IMG/VR virus record: IMGVR_UViG_3300034198_008248
Coordinates: 1 to 64,000 of that record
Length of the DNA stretch: 64,000 nt
Source: an uncultured virus (IMG/VR IMGVR_UViG_3300034198_008248)
Taxonomy: Duplodnaviria > Heunggongvirae > Uroviricota > Caudoviricetes
Direction: 5' to 3' (one strand)
The notes under the pieces were generated by a model that was not told where the DNA came from, ran no database searches, and worked only from the letters and a program-made list of their open reading frames with translations. The position numbers and the translations under genes are program-made. Shown here in pieces: positions 10,402 through 20,181 of this stretch. Positions within the stretch are counted from its first letter, which is position 1, and each line of letters starts with the position of its first letter.

Positions 10402-10743
10402 ATGAAACTAGAATTTAAATCGACAAAACAAAGTCTCCCAAAAGATGGAGAGTATATTCTTTGTATCAAAACAGATAGAAGTCTATTCTACGAAGACAGT
10501 CCTCTTCCAGAATTTTATCAATGTGAGTGGTCGTGGTCCGATGGTGAAGGTTGTCAATTATGTCATTCTGAAGAATATTCTTTAGAAAATCCTCCAGAAG
10601 GTTATCCATATCTGTTAATCTTAAATGGTGATGGATATTCTATTTGGACAAACGAAACCAATCCGGGTAATCCAGAAATTGAACATATTTGGTGGATGAG
10701 TCAAAAAGAATTTGATACTGTTTGGAAGAATAGTAAACATTAA
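10402..10743 (+). CDS. Hypothetical protein (DUF551-like)
   Basis: LPKDGEYIL...HIWWM. Confidence 0.6.
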   Translation: MKLEFKSTKQSLPKDGEYILCIKTDRSLFYEDSPLPEFYQCEWSWSDGEGCQLCHSEEYSLENPPEGYPYLLILNGDGYSIWTNETNPGNPEIEHIWWMSQKEFDTVWKNSKH

Positions 10744-10764
10744 ACACTAAAGAATAATACACAC

Positions 10765-11136
10765 ATGAGAGAATTTAAAGTTAGGGTTTATGATTTAGAT
10801 AATGAAAAATTCATGTATTACGATCACGATGCTGGATTCGATAATTATAAATTTTGGGACATCATCAATGATGTTGAACACGGTAACATTCAACAATACA
10901 CTGGTCTAAAGGATAAGAATGGTAAAGAGATTTATGAAGGTGATGTTGTGTCGAGCATCGATCTAAATTATGGTCCAAGTGTGGGAGTTGTTGGATTTGA
11001 TACTTTTGGTATTTATTATGTGAGTCCTTTAGAATACGATAACGAAGATGCTAAATGGATATCTATGGCTCAAGAACACAATGTTGTGATTGGAAATATA
11101 CACGAACATTCAGAACTATTATATACTAAAGAATAA
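10765..11136 (+). CDS. YopX family protein
   Basis: MREFKVRVYD, QYTGLKDKNGKEIYEGD, VIGNIHE. Confidence 0.9.
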   Translation: MREFKVRVYDLDNEKFMYYDHDAGFDNYKFWDIINDVEHGNIQQYTGLKDKNGKEIYEGDVVSSIDLNYGPSVGVVGFDTFGIYYVSPLEYDNEDAKWISMAQEHNVVIGNIHEHSELLYTKE

Positions 11137-11143
11137 TTTATTC

Positions 11144-11608
11144 ATGAATTTGTTTATTTTAGATGATTGTTTAGAAAAATCAGCATCTTATCATGTGGAT
11201 AGACACATGAAAATGTTATTAGAGGCGACACAATTGATATGCACAACTTTTCACCTACAAGGTGTAAAAGCACCATACGCTTGCACTCATCAAAATCATC
11301 CTTGTGCCATTTTTACAAGAACATCAAAAGATAACTTTCAATATGTTATCGACTATATAATGGCTTTAAGTGTAGAAAATATCATTCGATACGATAAGGT
11401 TCATAAAAGTTCTCTTCTGCTCAAATGGGTTGAAGAAAATAGACACCTATTATCTTTTCCTAAAGTTGGAATGACGCCTTTTGCTTTGGCTATGCCGGAC
11501 CAATATAAAACAGAAGATCCTGTAACGAGTTACAGGTCGTATTATTTGAATGAAAAAAAACATTTGTTTAAATGGACAAACCGAGAAAAACCAGACTGGA
11601 TTTTATAA
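11144..11608 (+). CDS. Pyrimidine dimer DNA glycosylase family protein
   Basis: MNLFILD, HMKMLLEATQL, HQNHPC, FALAMP, SYRSYY. Confidence 0.8.
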   Translation: MNLFILDDCLEKSASYHVDRHMKMLLEATQLICTTFHLQGVKAPYACTHQNHPCAIFTRTSKDNFQYVIDYIMALSVENIIRYDKVHKSSLLLKWVEENRHLLSFPKVGMTPFALAMPDQYKTEDPVTSYRSYYLNEKKHLFKWTNREKPDWIL

Positions 11609-11616
11609 ATAACAAT

Positions 11617-12051
11617 ATGAAGATACTATTAGCAATAATGATGATTAGCTTGGCTCAAGCTCAATCTTATATCACTTCCACAGTTGGATTTGATGGTTCG
11701 AAATACCATTACGAATATATCGTAGATGCATCGATTGATAAGAGGGATATTGACACAATTACTTTAGACCTATGTGATTCATGTGATCTATATGATCTAT
11801 ATACAAATTACCGATACGAATTAGAATACGGTAAAGATTACATAGAATTTGATGATATCAAGTATAAGAAAGAGGAGTATCTGATATTTGGCTTTTATTC
11901 AGATAATGCACCAGAAATGCAAAAGGTTGAAATAGATAATGGTAAGAAGGTATTCAAAGATTCGGTATGGAGTCCATCTTGTGTTCCAGAACCTACTACC
12001 TTTTTATGTGGTGTATTAGGAACTCTATTGTTACTCAAACGTAGAAAATGA
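11617..12051 (+). CDS. Secreted PEP-CTERM protein
   Basis: Signal peptide; C-terminal VPEPTTFLCGVLGTLLLLKRRK; TATAAATA upstream. Confidence 0.85.
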   Translation: MKILLAIMMISLAQAQSYITSTVGFDGSKYHYEYIVDASIDKRDIDTITLDLCDSCDLYDLYTNYRYELEYGKDYIEFDDIKYKKEEYLIFGFYSDNAPEMQKVEIDNGKKVFKDSVWSPSCVPEPTTFLCGVLGTLLLLKRRK

Positions 12052-12302
12052 AGAGTTTAATTATCTTTAGGTTACTAATGTTTTTATCTTCTTCTAATTT
12101 GAAAGAAGACATATACTCGTCTAAAGATATTATAGACTCAGCTAAAGAAGTCGTATCGAAGAAACATTCACTCGAAGAATGTTCCCCATACGAAGATACA
12201 AATAGAGACTCTAACCCTTTAGATAAAGCTATAGAGATGCCCATTTGGATACCATTTTATCCAATTGTTAATCCACCTCTAGTAACGGATGCCAATCTGT
12301 GA
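12048..12302 (+). CDS. Hypothetical protein
   Basis: Overlaps previous stop. Confidence 0.55.
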   Translation: MKSLIIFRLLMFLSSSNLKEDIYSSKDIIDSAKEVVSKKHSLEECSPYEDTNRDSNPLDKAIEMPIWIPFYPIVNPPLVTDANL

Positions 12303-12423
12303 GACTTAGTTATTAAACACTAGCGTATATTACTTTCATATGAAAGTAGTAAGAAAAATTAAATACGCTGTTTATGGTGTATGGTATGTTTTTAAGGAAT
12401 CGATTTTATCTTTTTTTTAGGAA

Positions 12424-12726
12424 ATGAGTGATTACTGGACTGAAAATGGTCTAATTAAACCCGATCCTTGGATTGTTTGTGCTGCAAATAAAAACAAGAA
12501 AACTGGTAGAATTATATGTGGACCTAGACATTGGGATGATGTAATGCGTTCTCAGAGATTGGAATCAGAAAGATTTCGAGATTTTGATCAGGGTTTTATA
12601 ACTCAACTAAGAGAATGGGTTTCTCGTGAAGAAGCTTATATTATTGCAGAAAAAAATGGACAAATGAGATTTCCCGATCATGGAAGCGGAGATGGGTATA
12701 CACTTTATTCGGAAATGTTATACTGA
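12424..12726 (+). CDS. Hypothetical phage protein
   Basis: IVCAA, GPRHWD, QGF, LYSE. Confidence 0.8.
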   Translation: MSDYWTENGLIKPDPWIVCAANKNKKTGRIICGPRHWDDVMRSQRLESERFRDFDQGFITQLREWVSREEAYIIAEKNGQMRFPDHGSGDGYTLYSEMLY

Positions 12727-12729
12727 GTC

Positions 12730-12921
12730 ATGAATCTTAAAAATATTAGAAAAGAAGTAATCTATCACCTTACGATAGATGATATGGAAGTCCATAGATA
12801 CGATGAAAACCATTGGACTTATACAATATACTATGATATACATTCTGAAGAGATGAATATCGATGATCCCCTGAGAAGCGAACTAGAGAAATTATTTCAA
12901 GAACATAAAGATTTAATATAA
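12730..12921 (+). CDS. Hypothetical protein
   Basis: ORF. Confidence 0.6.
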   Translation: MNLKNIRKEVIYHLTIDDMEVHRYDENHWTYTIYYDIHSEEMNIDDPLRSELEKLFQEHKDLI

Positions 12922-13238
12922 TGAATAAAATAGAATTAAATATGTGGTTGAAAGATCACCCAGAGATTGATCACTCTGACATAGAATACGATGGTTCTGG
13001 CAATGAATGGCACACATCATATCATAAAGTAGGAAACGATTACTATGCTGTAAATTGGTTAAATAATCGACTATTAGAAGATTGTCACAAAGGTAAGGGT
13101 TATCAAAAAGATTCCTATACACCAAGACCAGTGAAGAAAGTAACCAAGGTTACTACAGTGACTTCATACGAACCAATTTATCCTCCTGAAGAGGATATTG
13201 ATCTGGACTCTATTAATTGGGATGATTTCGAACAATGA
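12921..13238 (+). CDS. Hypothetical protein
   Basis: ORF. Confidence 0.65.
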   Translation: MNKIELNMWLKDHPEIDHSDIEYDGSGNEWHTSYHKVGNDYYAVNWLNNRLLEDCHKGKGYQKDSYTPRPVKKVTKVTTVTSYEPIYPPEEDIDLDSINWDDFEQ

Positions 13239-13501
13239 AAAGACTCAAATATACAACACTATTCGATTACGCTGTTAAAGAATGGCGTCTTTCATGGAGC
13301 GAATGTCATCGAATTTTCTTCAAGACTAATGCCATCAATTTTAATGGAACAAGTGATGATTTTTACCATGAGGATTTGGTAGATGAAATTGATAATATAT
13401 GCTTTCCTCCTATGTGGGGAAAGGATTATGGAAAAGCTATGGATATCATTAGATCTTTCATGGTGAAAAATGGTTACATGGGCGTTAAATTTTATAGTTA
13501 A
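13235..13501 (+). CDS. Hypothetical protein
   Basis: ORF. Confidence 0.65.
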   Translation: MKRLKYTTLFDYAVKEWRLSWSECHRIFFKTNAINFNGTSDDFYHEDLVDEIDNICFPPMWGKDYGKAMDIIRSFMVKNGYMGVKFYS

Positions 13502-13528
13502 AACACTAAGATATAATTACATCACAAT

Positions 13529-13627
13529 ATGAAACTTCAATTCAAAAATTCACCAACTATTGCATCTGAAGATATGTCTGTATCTAAGATGGGAGTAGCT
13601 GCTGGGGCAGGTGATATGGAGAAGTGA
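13529..13627 (+). pseudogene. Truncated duplicate of the rIIA 5' end
   Basis: MKLQFKNSPTIASEDMSVSKMGVAAGAGDMEK* versus MKLNFKNSPTIASEDMNVSKMGVASGAEDMI at 14577. Confidence 0.9.
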
Positions 13628-14517
13628 TCGGATATCTGGATTAGGATGTTTTTATTTATGTATGGTTTATATATTTCAAAATCTTCGATACACAAACTAG
13701 TATAATCGTATTTGTCCCTATTGATGTTTTCTGATGCTGGTATCGGTCTTAGATTTTTGTGGTTGTGTATTATCTTAGAAACATTCTCTGGGTCTTTTTC
13801 TAGAGCGTCTGTGAACCAATGAACTTGCCATATATGATCTATCTGATACTTATCAGAAATCCAATTCGGATTGTTACACTTAGAATTCATGATATTTAAA
13901 AACTCTTCTGGTGTATTCACCCCGACATAGTAAACAGATTTGCATTTTCTGCCTTTGATTGTTCTTATAATCATTGCTCGTATTTTACACAAAAGATTGA
14001 AGTTATTATCTGAATGATATCTTCTACTTTTCCTAACGTTCGCCTTTTTAGACATCGTTTCTTTATTTCTTTGATAATGATCCTTCACTCTTTTTTTGAT
14101 GGCTGTTGAATTTTTTTTATAATATACATCATAAGCTTCCCTGTAACGATCTGTGTGTTTAACCCTTTTGTAGTATTCTTTATTCTGTTTATTTATATAT
14201 TCTCTATTATCGATTCTTTCATTTTTTTTACAGGCTTTACATCTAGAAGATTTTCCATCTTTTGCTGAATTATTAACTACAAAAAAACTGTATAATTTGA
14301 ATTCTTTACATTTGGAACAGTTTTTACCTATCTTTGGTGCTGGTGGATTATGTTTGAGTTCCTCCTCCTTTTTTAATTTTTTTAATATTGTAGCTTCTTT
14401 AGCTAACTTTCTCCTACATGGATTACATGATGGATATAACCCACTCTTTACTAGTTTACAAATACCGAATTCAGAAACATCCTTAACTATTTTACATTTA
14501 CTACATTCTTTTGTCAT
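13537..14517 (-). mobile_element. HNH homing endonuclease with N-terminal zinc fingers
   Basis: CxxC pairs; QIDHI...HNHKNLRP...EN; TAAATA upstream. Confidence 0.85.
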
Positions 14518-14576
14518 ATTATTATTTATCTCTTAAGAAGAATTTTTTTGATTAAACACTAAACTACACTGCTGAT

Positions 14577-16442
14577 ATGAAATTAAACTTTAAGAATTCA
14601 CCCACCATAGCATCGGAAGACATGAACGTTTCAAAAATGGGAGTAGCTTCGGGTGCTGAAGATATGATCGCTGGATTTTTACGCGATAAGATTTACTCCA
14701 ATAAAACCCTCGCATGTATCCGTGAGACTATCACAAACTCTCAGGATGAACATATCAAGTATGGTATCGACAAAGCTGTAGAGGTTAAGCTTGAGAATGT
14801 CAATGGTCAATATGTGTGGAGTTCTAGGGACTTCGCTAAGGGACTTAGTGAGGAGTCTATCAGAACCATTTATGGTATGTATGGTGGATCTGATAAGAGA
14901 AACAATAATAACCAAGTCGGTGGATTTGGTGTAGGTGCATTGTCACCATTTGCTGTCTCGGATTCATTCTACATCACCTCATATCATGAAGGATTAAAAA
15001 CTCAATACGCTTGTATTCTCGGTGCTGGTGACAATGGTTTATCTGTAGGAGAAATCTATCGTGTATCAGATCCAGAACCGACAACAGAATCGGGTTTGGA
15101 GGTATCACTAGATGTAAACAAAAACTACTACAATTTCTCTACAGAATCAGCATCTTTCGTGGAACGCTTTCTACCGAATGCAAATATTAAATTTACAGAT
15201 CAATATGATGTTGAACATACTCCTATTCAACCTCTCCTAACTAAGGATATCGGGGACTATACCATCAACTTATACCAAAGCACATTTTGGACATCTCCTG
15301 ATTATGTAGCCATTCGTATGGGTGGGATTGTTTACAATATGCGATCCGATATCAAGGTTGTGAACCCTCTGGGTAAGATTGTAGTGGATGTTCCTATCGG
15401 TAAATTGACTGTGCCAATTTCTCGTGAAAGTATTGAAGATACTCCAAACAATAAAAAGGTTCTGGATGAAATCACTGATGCCATAGTTCAACTTAGTGAT
15501 GAAGATCGATCCAAGATTGTTACACCAAAATTTGGGGAAGCGATTTTAGAAAATAAGCATAATTCATACTATGAAGGTGAGTGGTTCAGATACTCATTCT
15601 CTAATACTTTTCCAGATACTTATAAAATTCAAAAATGTCTAGATTATATTCACACTGGGTATGGTCATAATAAAACGACAGGTAAGTATGTGGTGTATCA
15701 GATTCCAGATATCAAGTCATACAAAGGTTGGGTGAAGCGTCTTGATCAATATATTGCTGGGTTGTTTCCAAATACACAAATTGTTTGGATGCTTAATAAA
15801 GGTGATATTTTATCAACCGATACCTTGGATGTTTCTGATGTAACATTTGTAGACGTTAAGAAACTTGGTTTACCCAAACTAGCCAAAGATCCTAATGAGG
15901 TTAGGTATGTTGTGTATTTCAATGGTCACAAGAGAAATTTCACTGCTGAAGAATTGGATGAACATGTAACTGATAAGTCTTTCAACGGTGTTGAAATCGT
16001 AGATGGATGGGAAAAATCTATTGATAGTATCTCATACCTTAGACAGCGCGTTATTGGATTGACTTCTGAGTGTGGTGTTAATAATCCTTATTGGGTTTGT
16101 AATTCTAAGAAGATGAAAGAACAACTTCTCGAACTGGGTTGGTTTGAGCTTAACTCACCAGAATATACAAAACGCTGCGCTGAGCTCAATGTCATTGAGC
16201 AAGCCAAAAGAGATATGGAGAATGCCGAATATCGTGTTAAAAGTGCGATGTTTAGAATCCATCCATCTCAAAGACTGATCAAGGTCATTGGAAAAAATCC
16301 ATCAAAGTTGACTAGATTGAATATGGTCAAGAATAAGATTTTGAAGGAAAATTCTTTCCGAGGTAGGGTTTTGTCTAGTATTGAAACATACAACACAAAA
16401 ATTACACGAGAAGATCTGCGTAAAATCCTTACAACAAAATAA
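14577..16442 (+). CDS. rIIA: rIIA-like protein (GHKL ATPase N-terminus)
   Basis: IYSNK..CIRE..TN, DFAKG, SDKR, GGFGVG, SPF; rIIB nearby. Confidence 0.9.
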   Translation: MKLNFKNSPTIASEDMNVSKMGVASGAEDMIAGFLRDKIYSNKTLACIRETITNSQDEHIKYGIDKAVEVKLENVNGQYVWSSRDFAKGLSEESIRTIYGMYGGSDKRNNNNQVGGFGVGALSPFAVSDSFYITSYHEGLKTQYACILGAGDNGLSVGEIYRVSDPEPTTESGLEVSLDVNKNYYNFSTESASFVERFLPNANIKFTDQYDVEHTPIQPLLTKDIGDYTINLYQSTFWTSPDYVAIRMGGIVYNMRSDIKVVNPLGKIVVDVPIGKLTVPISRESIEDTPNNKKVLDEITDAIVQLSDEDRSKIVTPKFGEAILENKHNSYYEGEWFRYSFSNTFPDTYKIQKCLDYIHTGYGHNKTTGKYVVYQIPDIKSYKGWVKRLDQYIAGLFPNTQIVWMLNKGDILSTDTLDVSDVTFVDVKKLGLPKLAKDPNEVRYVVYFNGHKRNFTAEELDEHVTDKSFNGVEIVDGWEKSIDSISYLRQRVIGLTSECGVNNPYWVCNSKKMKEQLLELGWFELNSPEYTKRCAELNVIEQAKRDMENAEYRVKSAMFRIHPSQRLIKVIGKNPSKLTRLNMVKNKILKENSFRGRVLSSIETYNTKITREDLRKILTTK

Positions 16443-16448
16443 TTTTGG

Positions 16449-16518
16449 GAATGATGAGAAGCATGGTGACTTCCAAGCCTGATCGGGTTAGTAATTGGTT
16501 CGAATCCAATATCATTAT
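16449..16518 (+). tRNA. Degenerate tRNA-like gene (Ile GAT-like)
   Basis: ATTGG-TTCGAAT-CCAAT T arm, GAAG/CTTC D stem, mismatched anticodon stem. Confidence 0.45.
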
Positions 16519-16572
16519 GGGAGGACGCTCCCACCCAATTCAATTTATAAAACACTAGAATATAATAACAAT

Positions 16573-16815
16573 ATGAAGCAAGTCAAATCATACGAAACTA
16601 AGGACGGTAAACTATTTATGGATCGTCTACAAGCTGAACAACATGAACTGATGCTTAATATCAGAGGATTTCTACAATCATCTGGTAAAGGTCAAGGTTC
16701 TCTATCCGCTACTGATGTAGCGACATTCCTTATGATGAACCAAGATCCACTTTATGATATTCTTGGTAAGTATCGTAGGACTGTTGGTGGAATTAAATCA
16801 AATATGAACCGTTGA
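16573..16815 (+). CDS. Hypothetical protein
   Basis: Motif upstream; YETKDGKLF. Confidence 0.7.
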   Translation: MKQVKSYETKDGKLFMDRLQAEQHELMLNIRGFLQSSGKGQGSLSATDVATFLMMNQDPLYDILGKYRRTVGGIKSNMNR

Positions 16816-16850
16816 CATTATAAAACACTAAGATATACTAAACATAGATT

Positions 16851-17849
16851 ATGAAATACGCAATTAACACAGAAGCAATTATTCTTTTTATTAACGGAAA
16901 GAATATCCGCGTTGAGAAGACTGATCAACGATATCCAAAAATTATCAAAGTCTTTCAACTACCAAAAGATGAGCAAGAAGCAGAGGTCGAGGCGATCCTT
17001 AATAAGGTCGTCAAGGCTGATAAGGTTATCGAAGAAACTGAAGGATTTGATATCCAAGGTGAAGAAATCTTCTATAAGGGCGAGAAGCTTCCTAAAGCTT
17101 TCTCAGATAAGGTTTTGTCTATCATCGCTGATGGACTCCCATTGGAACACTTTGAGAAGTTCTGGGCTAACCTAGAGCAAAATCCAAGTGCTCAGAGTGT
17201 GAAGGAATTGACAGAATTCCTAGACTATAAGGAACTACCTCTCACAGAAGATGGTTGCTTCCTTGCCTATAAGGGTGTCAATTATAACTATTTTTCGTCA
17301 CATGGAAATTTGAATACTAAGGTTATTCAGGGTTATGTTAATTCTGATGGACAAATTTATAATGGAGTAGGATCTGTTATTGAAGTTCGTCGTCGTGATG
17401 TTGATGATAATCGTGAAAAGCATTGTTCATTCGGTCTTCATGCTGGATCTCTTGATTATGCTAGGGGATTTGCCTCTAAACTAATTGTAGTTAAGATCAA
17501 TCCTGCTGATGTTGTATCAGTTCCATCTGATTGTAATTGTCAAAAGGTTCGTGTGTGTAAATATGAAGTTATGTCAGACTTTGTAGAAGAAATTACAGCA
17601 CCCGTTGTTGATGAGGATGGAGAAAATACAATTGTTCCCGATCTTGTTAAGGAATTAGATGCCTTTGTAACAAAGGTTGATAATTATCTCACTAAGAAGA
17701 GGGATGAAGGTTACACAGAAGTAACTATTCGACAAATCCAAAATATTTTCTCTCCTAATTGGGCGACCAAGGAACAAGTATTGAATGCACTTCAACAACT
17801 TGGAGAATATTGGACAACTACTGATGGACTTACAACTGTTCATCTGTGA
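16851..17849 (+). CDS. rIIB: rIIB-like protein
   Basis: NPS, LTEDGCFLAYK, VDDNREKHCSFGLH, INPADVVSVP, RVCKY. Confidence 0.92.
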   Translation: MKYAINTEAIILFINGKNIRVEKTDQRYPKIIKVFQLPKDEQEAEVEAILNKVVKADKVIEETEGFDIQGEEIFYKGEKLPKAFSDKVLSIIADGLPLEHFEKFWANLEQNPSAQSVKELTEFLDYKELPLTEDGCFLAYKGVNYNYFSSHGNLNTKVIQGYVNSDGQIYNGVGSVIEVRRRDVDDNREKHCSFGLHAGSLDYARGFASKLIVVKINPADVVSVPSDCNCQKVRVCKYEVMSDFVEEITAPVVDEDGENTIVPDLVKELDAFVTKVDNYLTKKRDEGYTEVTIRQIQNIFSPNWATKEQVLNALQQLGEYWTTTDGLTTVHL

Positions 17850-17870
17850 ACACTAAGTTAAAATAACGAT

Positions 17871-18203
17871 ATGCAAGACATTATCAAAACATACATTCGC
17901 AACACTGAAACCAACCAACCGAAAGGAATTGCTGTTGCTATCAAACATGAAGGAAAAATCAATTACGGTTTTTCTCTATGTAATACTCGACTAGATAAGT
18001 GGGATAAAAAACATGGTGAAAAGATTGCGATTGCTCGCGCTCTAGCCCCAGCTTATAAACTCCCTGCGGTAAAGGATCGTGAAGCATCTGTCCTTGAAGC
18101 TTTTGAGAACCTTGAAAAGCGTTGTATCAAATACTTCAAGGATCTTCCATATGAAGATGTTGCCCTCAAGGGTCATCTTGGTTGGGAAGATGTGAATGTG
18201 TGA
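17871..18203 (+). CDS. Hypothetical phage protein
   Basis: GFSLC...DKWDKKHGEKIAIARA. Confidence 0.75.
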   Translation: MQDIIKTYIRNTETNQPKGIAVAIKHEGKINYGFSLCNTRLDKWDKKHGEKIAIARALAPAYKLPAVKDREASVLEAFENLEKRCIKYFKDLPYEDVALKGHLGWEDVNV

Positions 18204-18210
18204 AATAATT

Positions 18211-18363
18211 TGAGTGTAATCCTCTGTGGATACGAGGTTGGAGTAATTCGAAAACTCTGAGAGGGAATAATATATAAGGTATTCGGGAACGTTGAGAATG
18301 CCTTATATACCCAAAATGGTCTATAGCTGTTAATCGTGGATTCGAATTCCACACACTCAATCA
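18211..18363 (+). ncRNA. Oversized tRNA-like RNA (about 150 nt)
   Basis: TGAGTGT/ACACTCA acceptor, CCTC/GAGG D stem, GTGGA-TTCGAAT-TCCAC T arm, about 75-nt extra region. Confidence 0.65.
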
Positions 18364-18489
18364 TTTAAGTATGCTCTTCGGAGTGTTTATCATCGACATC
18401 AATACCGAAGTATCTATGGCCATAGCTCTACTAGGAGAGTCTCCTGATACATATGAGAGAGGAATTTGATATACTTAAAATTTTTTAAT

Positions 18490-18608
18490 GGGTGGCATAT
18501 GAAGTATATATCCAGTTTTCAAGTTTTTGTCAAAAACGTAAAGACAGACGCCTTGATGTTATGGAGTGACCCTAGCTGGAATATACCAATTATGAGTTAA
18601 CCCACCCA
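18490..18608 (+). ncRNA. Candidate rod-like structured RNA
   Basis: Nested pairings GGGTGG/CCACCC, GTATAT/ATATAC, TCCAGTT/AGCTGGA, TCAAG/CTTGA, TTTGTC/GACAGA. Confidence 0.45.
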
Positions 18609-18615
18609 CCTCTTT

Positions 18616-18801
18616 ATGAATAAAAAAGATTGGTCAAATTATCAAGTAGATAATCCCAAATATGGTGTTAAGTTAGTATCCGAACTAACAGAAGCACAAG
18701 CAAAGACAGAACTATGCATAGCTATTGAACTAATAGAAAGACTATTGGCGTGTAGTTCTCGGGCAATTGAGATAGCACAAAAGAAGAATTACATTGTATG
18801 A
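18616..18801 (+). CDS. Hypothetical protein
   Basis: ORF. Confidence 0.55.
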   Translation: MNKKDWSNYQVDNPKYGVKLVSELTEAQAKTELCIAIELIERLLACSSRAIEIAQKKNYIV

Positions 18802-18974
18802 AAAAACCGACATTACCATCTAAGCAACACCCAGATCAAAAAATTCAAGAAGAATGGATGAAGTGGTTGAAAAGAGAGAAGTATACATACGTAAAATATC
18901 TTGAGTTTATGTTGTGGCGAGATGCTTATCTAAAACTGAATCCTCTCGATTAAACACTAGAATATACTATTTAT

Positions 18975-19775
18975 ATGAAAGACAATTTGGGCGACCGCTG
19001 CAAAAATTACGAAAGTATTTACGAACACTACTTTCTACCAAAGACTCCAATTATTGTGAGACTTGACGGGAAAAGTTTTCATACATGGACTAAGGGTTGT
19101 CAAAGACCATTCGATCAAACATTGATCACTTGTATGTTTGACTCTGCTAAAGAAGTAGCACAACAAATGCAAGGATGTAAAGCTCTGTATGCTCAGAGTG
19201 ATGAAGTAACATTTGTATTAACTGATGATGCTACTATTGACACTCAACAATGGTTTGGTGGTAGACAGAATAAGATTGAAAGTGTTACGGCTGCAATGAT
19301 GACAGCATACTTTAATAAAAATTGGTTGCTTAAAGATCATAGTAATCATGAACATTTTAATCAGTGGGATTATATGGATTCCACACCTGCTGTATTTTAT
19401 GCCCGTGCATTTCAATGTCCTAAAGATGATGTCGCTAATGTCTTCCTATGGAGAGTAAAGAATTGGGAACGTAATAGTCTTAATATGTTCTGTGAGCAGT
19501 TCTTCTCTCATAAGGACCTAGAAGGTAAATGTCGTGTGGAAAGACATGAAATGCTTTATAGAATTGATCACAATTGGGCTATTGAATGCACCGATCAACA
19601 AAAAAATGGTTCATGGTGGGCTTGTGATAAGGTTGATAACTTCAATCTAACTAACTATAATGATATTGATAACTACATCTTCCAAGATGGAATTGCTTAT
19701 GTGATTTCAAAGAAACTACAGGCTGGAGAAGATCTGTTTCCCGGACATAATAACGATCCTTGCCAAGATTATTGA
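18975..19775 (+). CDS. thg1: Thg1-like tRNA-His guanylyltransferase (3'-5' polymerase)
   Basis: RLDGKSFH, AQSDE, WFGGRQNKI, WR...RNS. Confidence 0.92.
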   Translation: MKDNLGDRCKNYESIYEHYFLPKTPIIVRLDGKSFHTWTKGCQRPFDQTLITCMFDSAKEVAQQMQGCKALYAQSDEVTFVLTDDATIDTQQWFGGRQNKIESVTAAMMTAYFNKNWLLKDHSNHEHFNQWDYMDSTPAVFYARAFQCPKDDVANVFLWRVKNWERNSLNMFCEQFFSHKDLEGKCRVERHEMLYRIDHNWAIECTDQQKNGSWWACDKVDNFNLTNYNDIDNYIFQDGIAYVISKKLQAGEDLFPGHNNDPCQDY

Positions 19776-19800
19776 TTAAACACTATACTATACTACTGAC

Positions 19801-20037
19801 ATGAAACAATACACCGTGATTTGGGAAGATCGTTGGATTTCTGGGAGTCATCATCATTGCTTAACTAAGAAAACTTGGATCGAATGCTCAAATATTGAAG
19901 AAATTATGGAATCCCTTTACGGAGACGTTGCTGTATATATCTTCGAAGGATTCCAATGCACTATCGGAGAAGAGTTTGATCCATCTAGGGTTGTTAAATC
20001 AACTGACGAAAACTTTTTCAATTATAAATTAAATTAA
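19801..20037 (+). CDS. Hypothetical protein
   Basis: Motif upstream. Confidence 0.65.
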   Translation: MKQYTVIWEDRWISGSHHHCLTKKTWIECSNIEEIMESLYGDVAVYIFEGFQCTIGEEFDPSRVVKSTDENFFNYKLN

Positions 20038-20181
20038 CTTGACTTCGTAAAACACTAAGTTAAACTAACAACATGTTCGAAACAAAACTTAAAGCAACTC
20101 CCGTTAACACTGCCATCGCTTTCTATGAAAGATGGTATCGTCTAATTGGCTAGGACACGTAGCAAAAAATGTAACTTGATA

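Noticed and set aside
20131..20165. GATGGTATCGTCTAATTGGCTAGGACA as a tRNA gene
   Set aside because: Only a 5'-half-like fragment; it does not pair with the downstream acceptor strand
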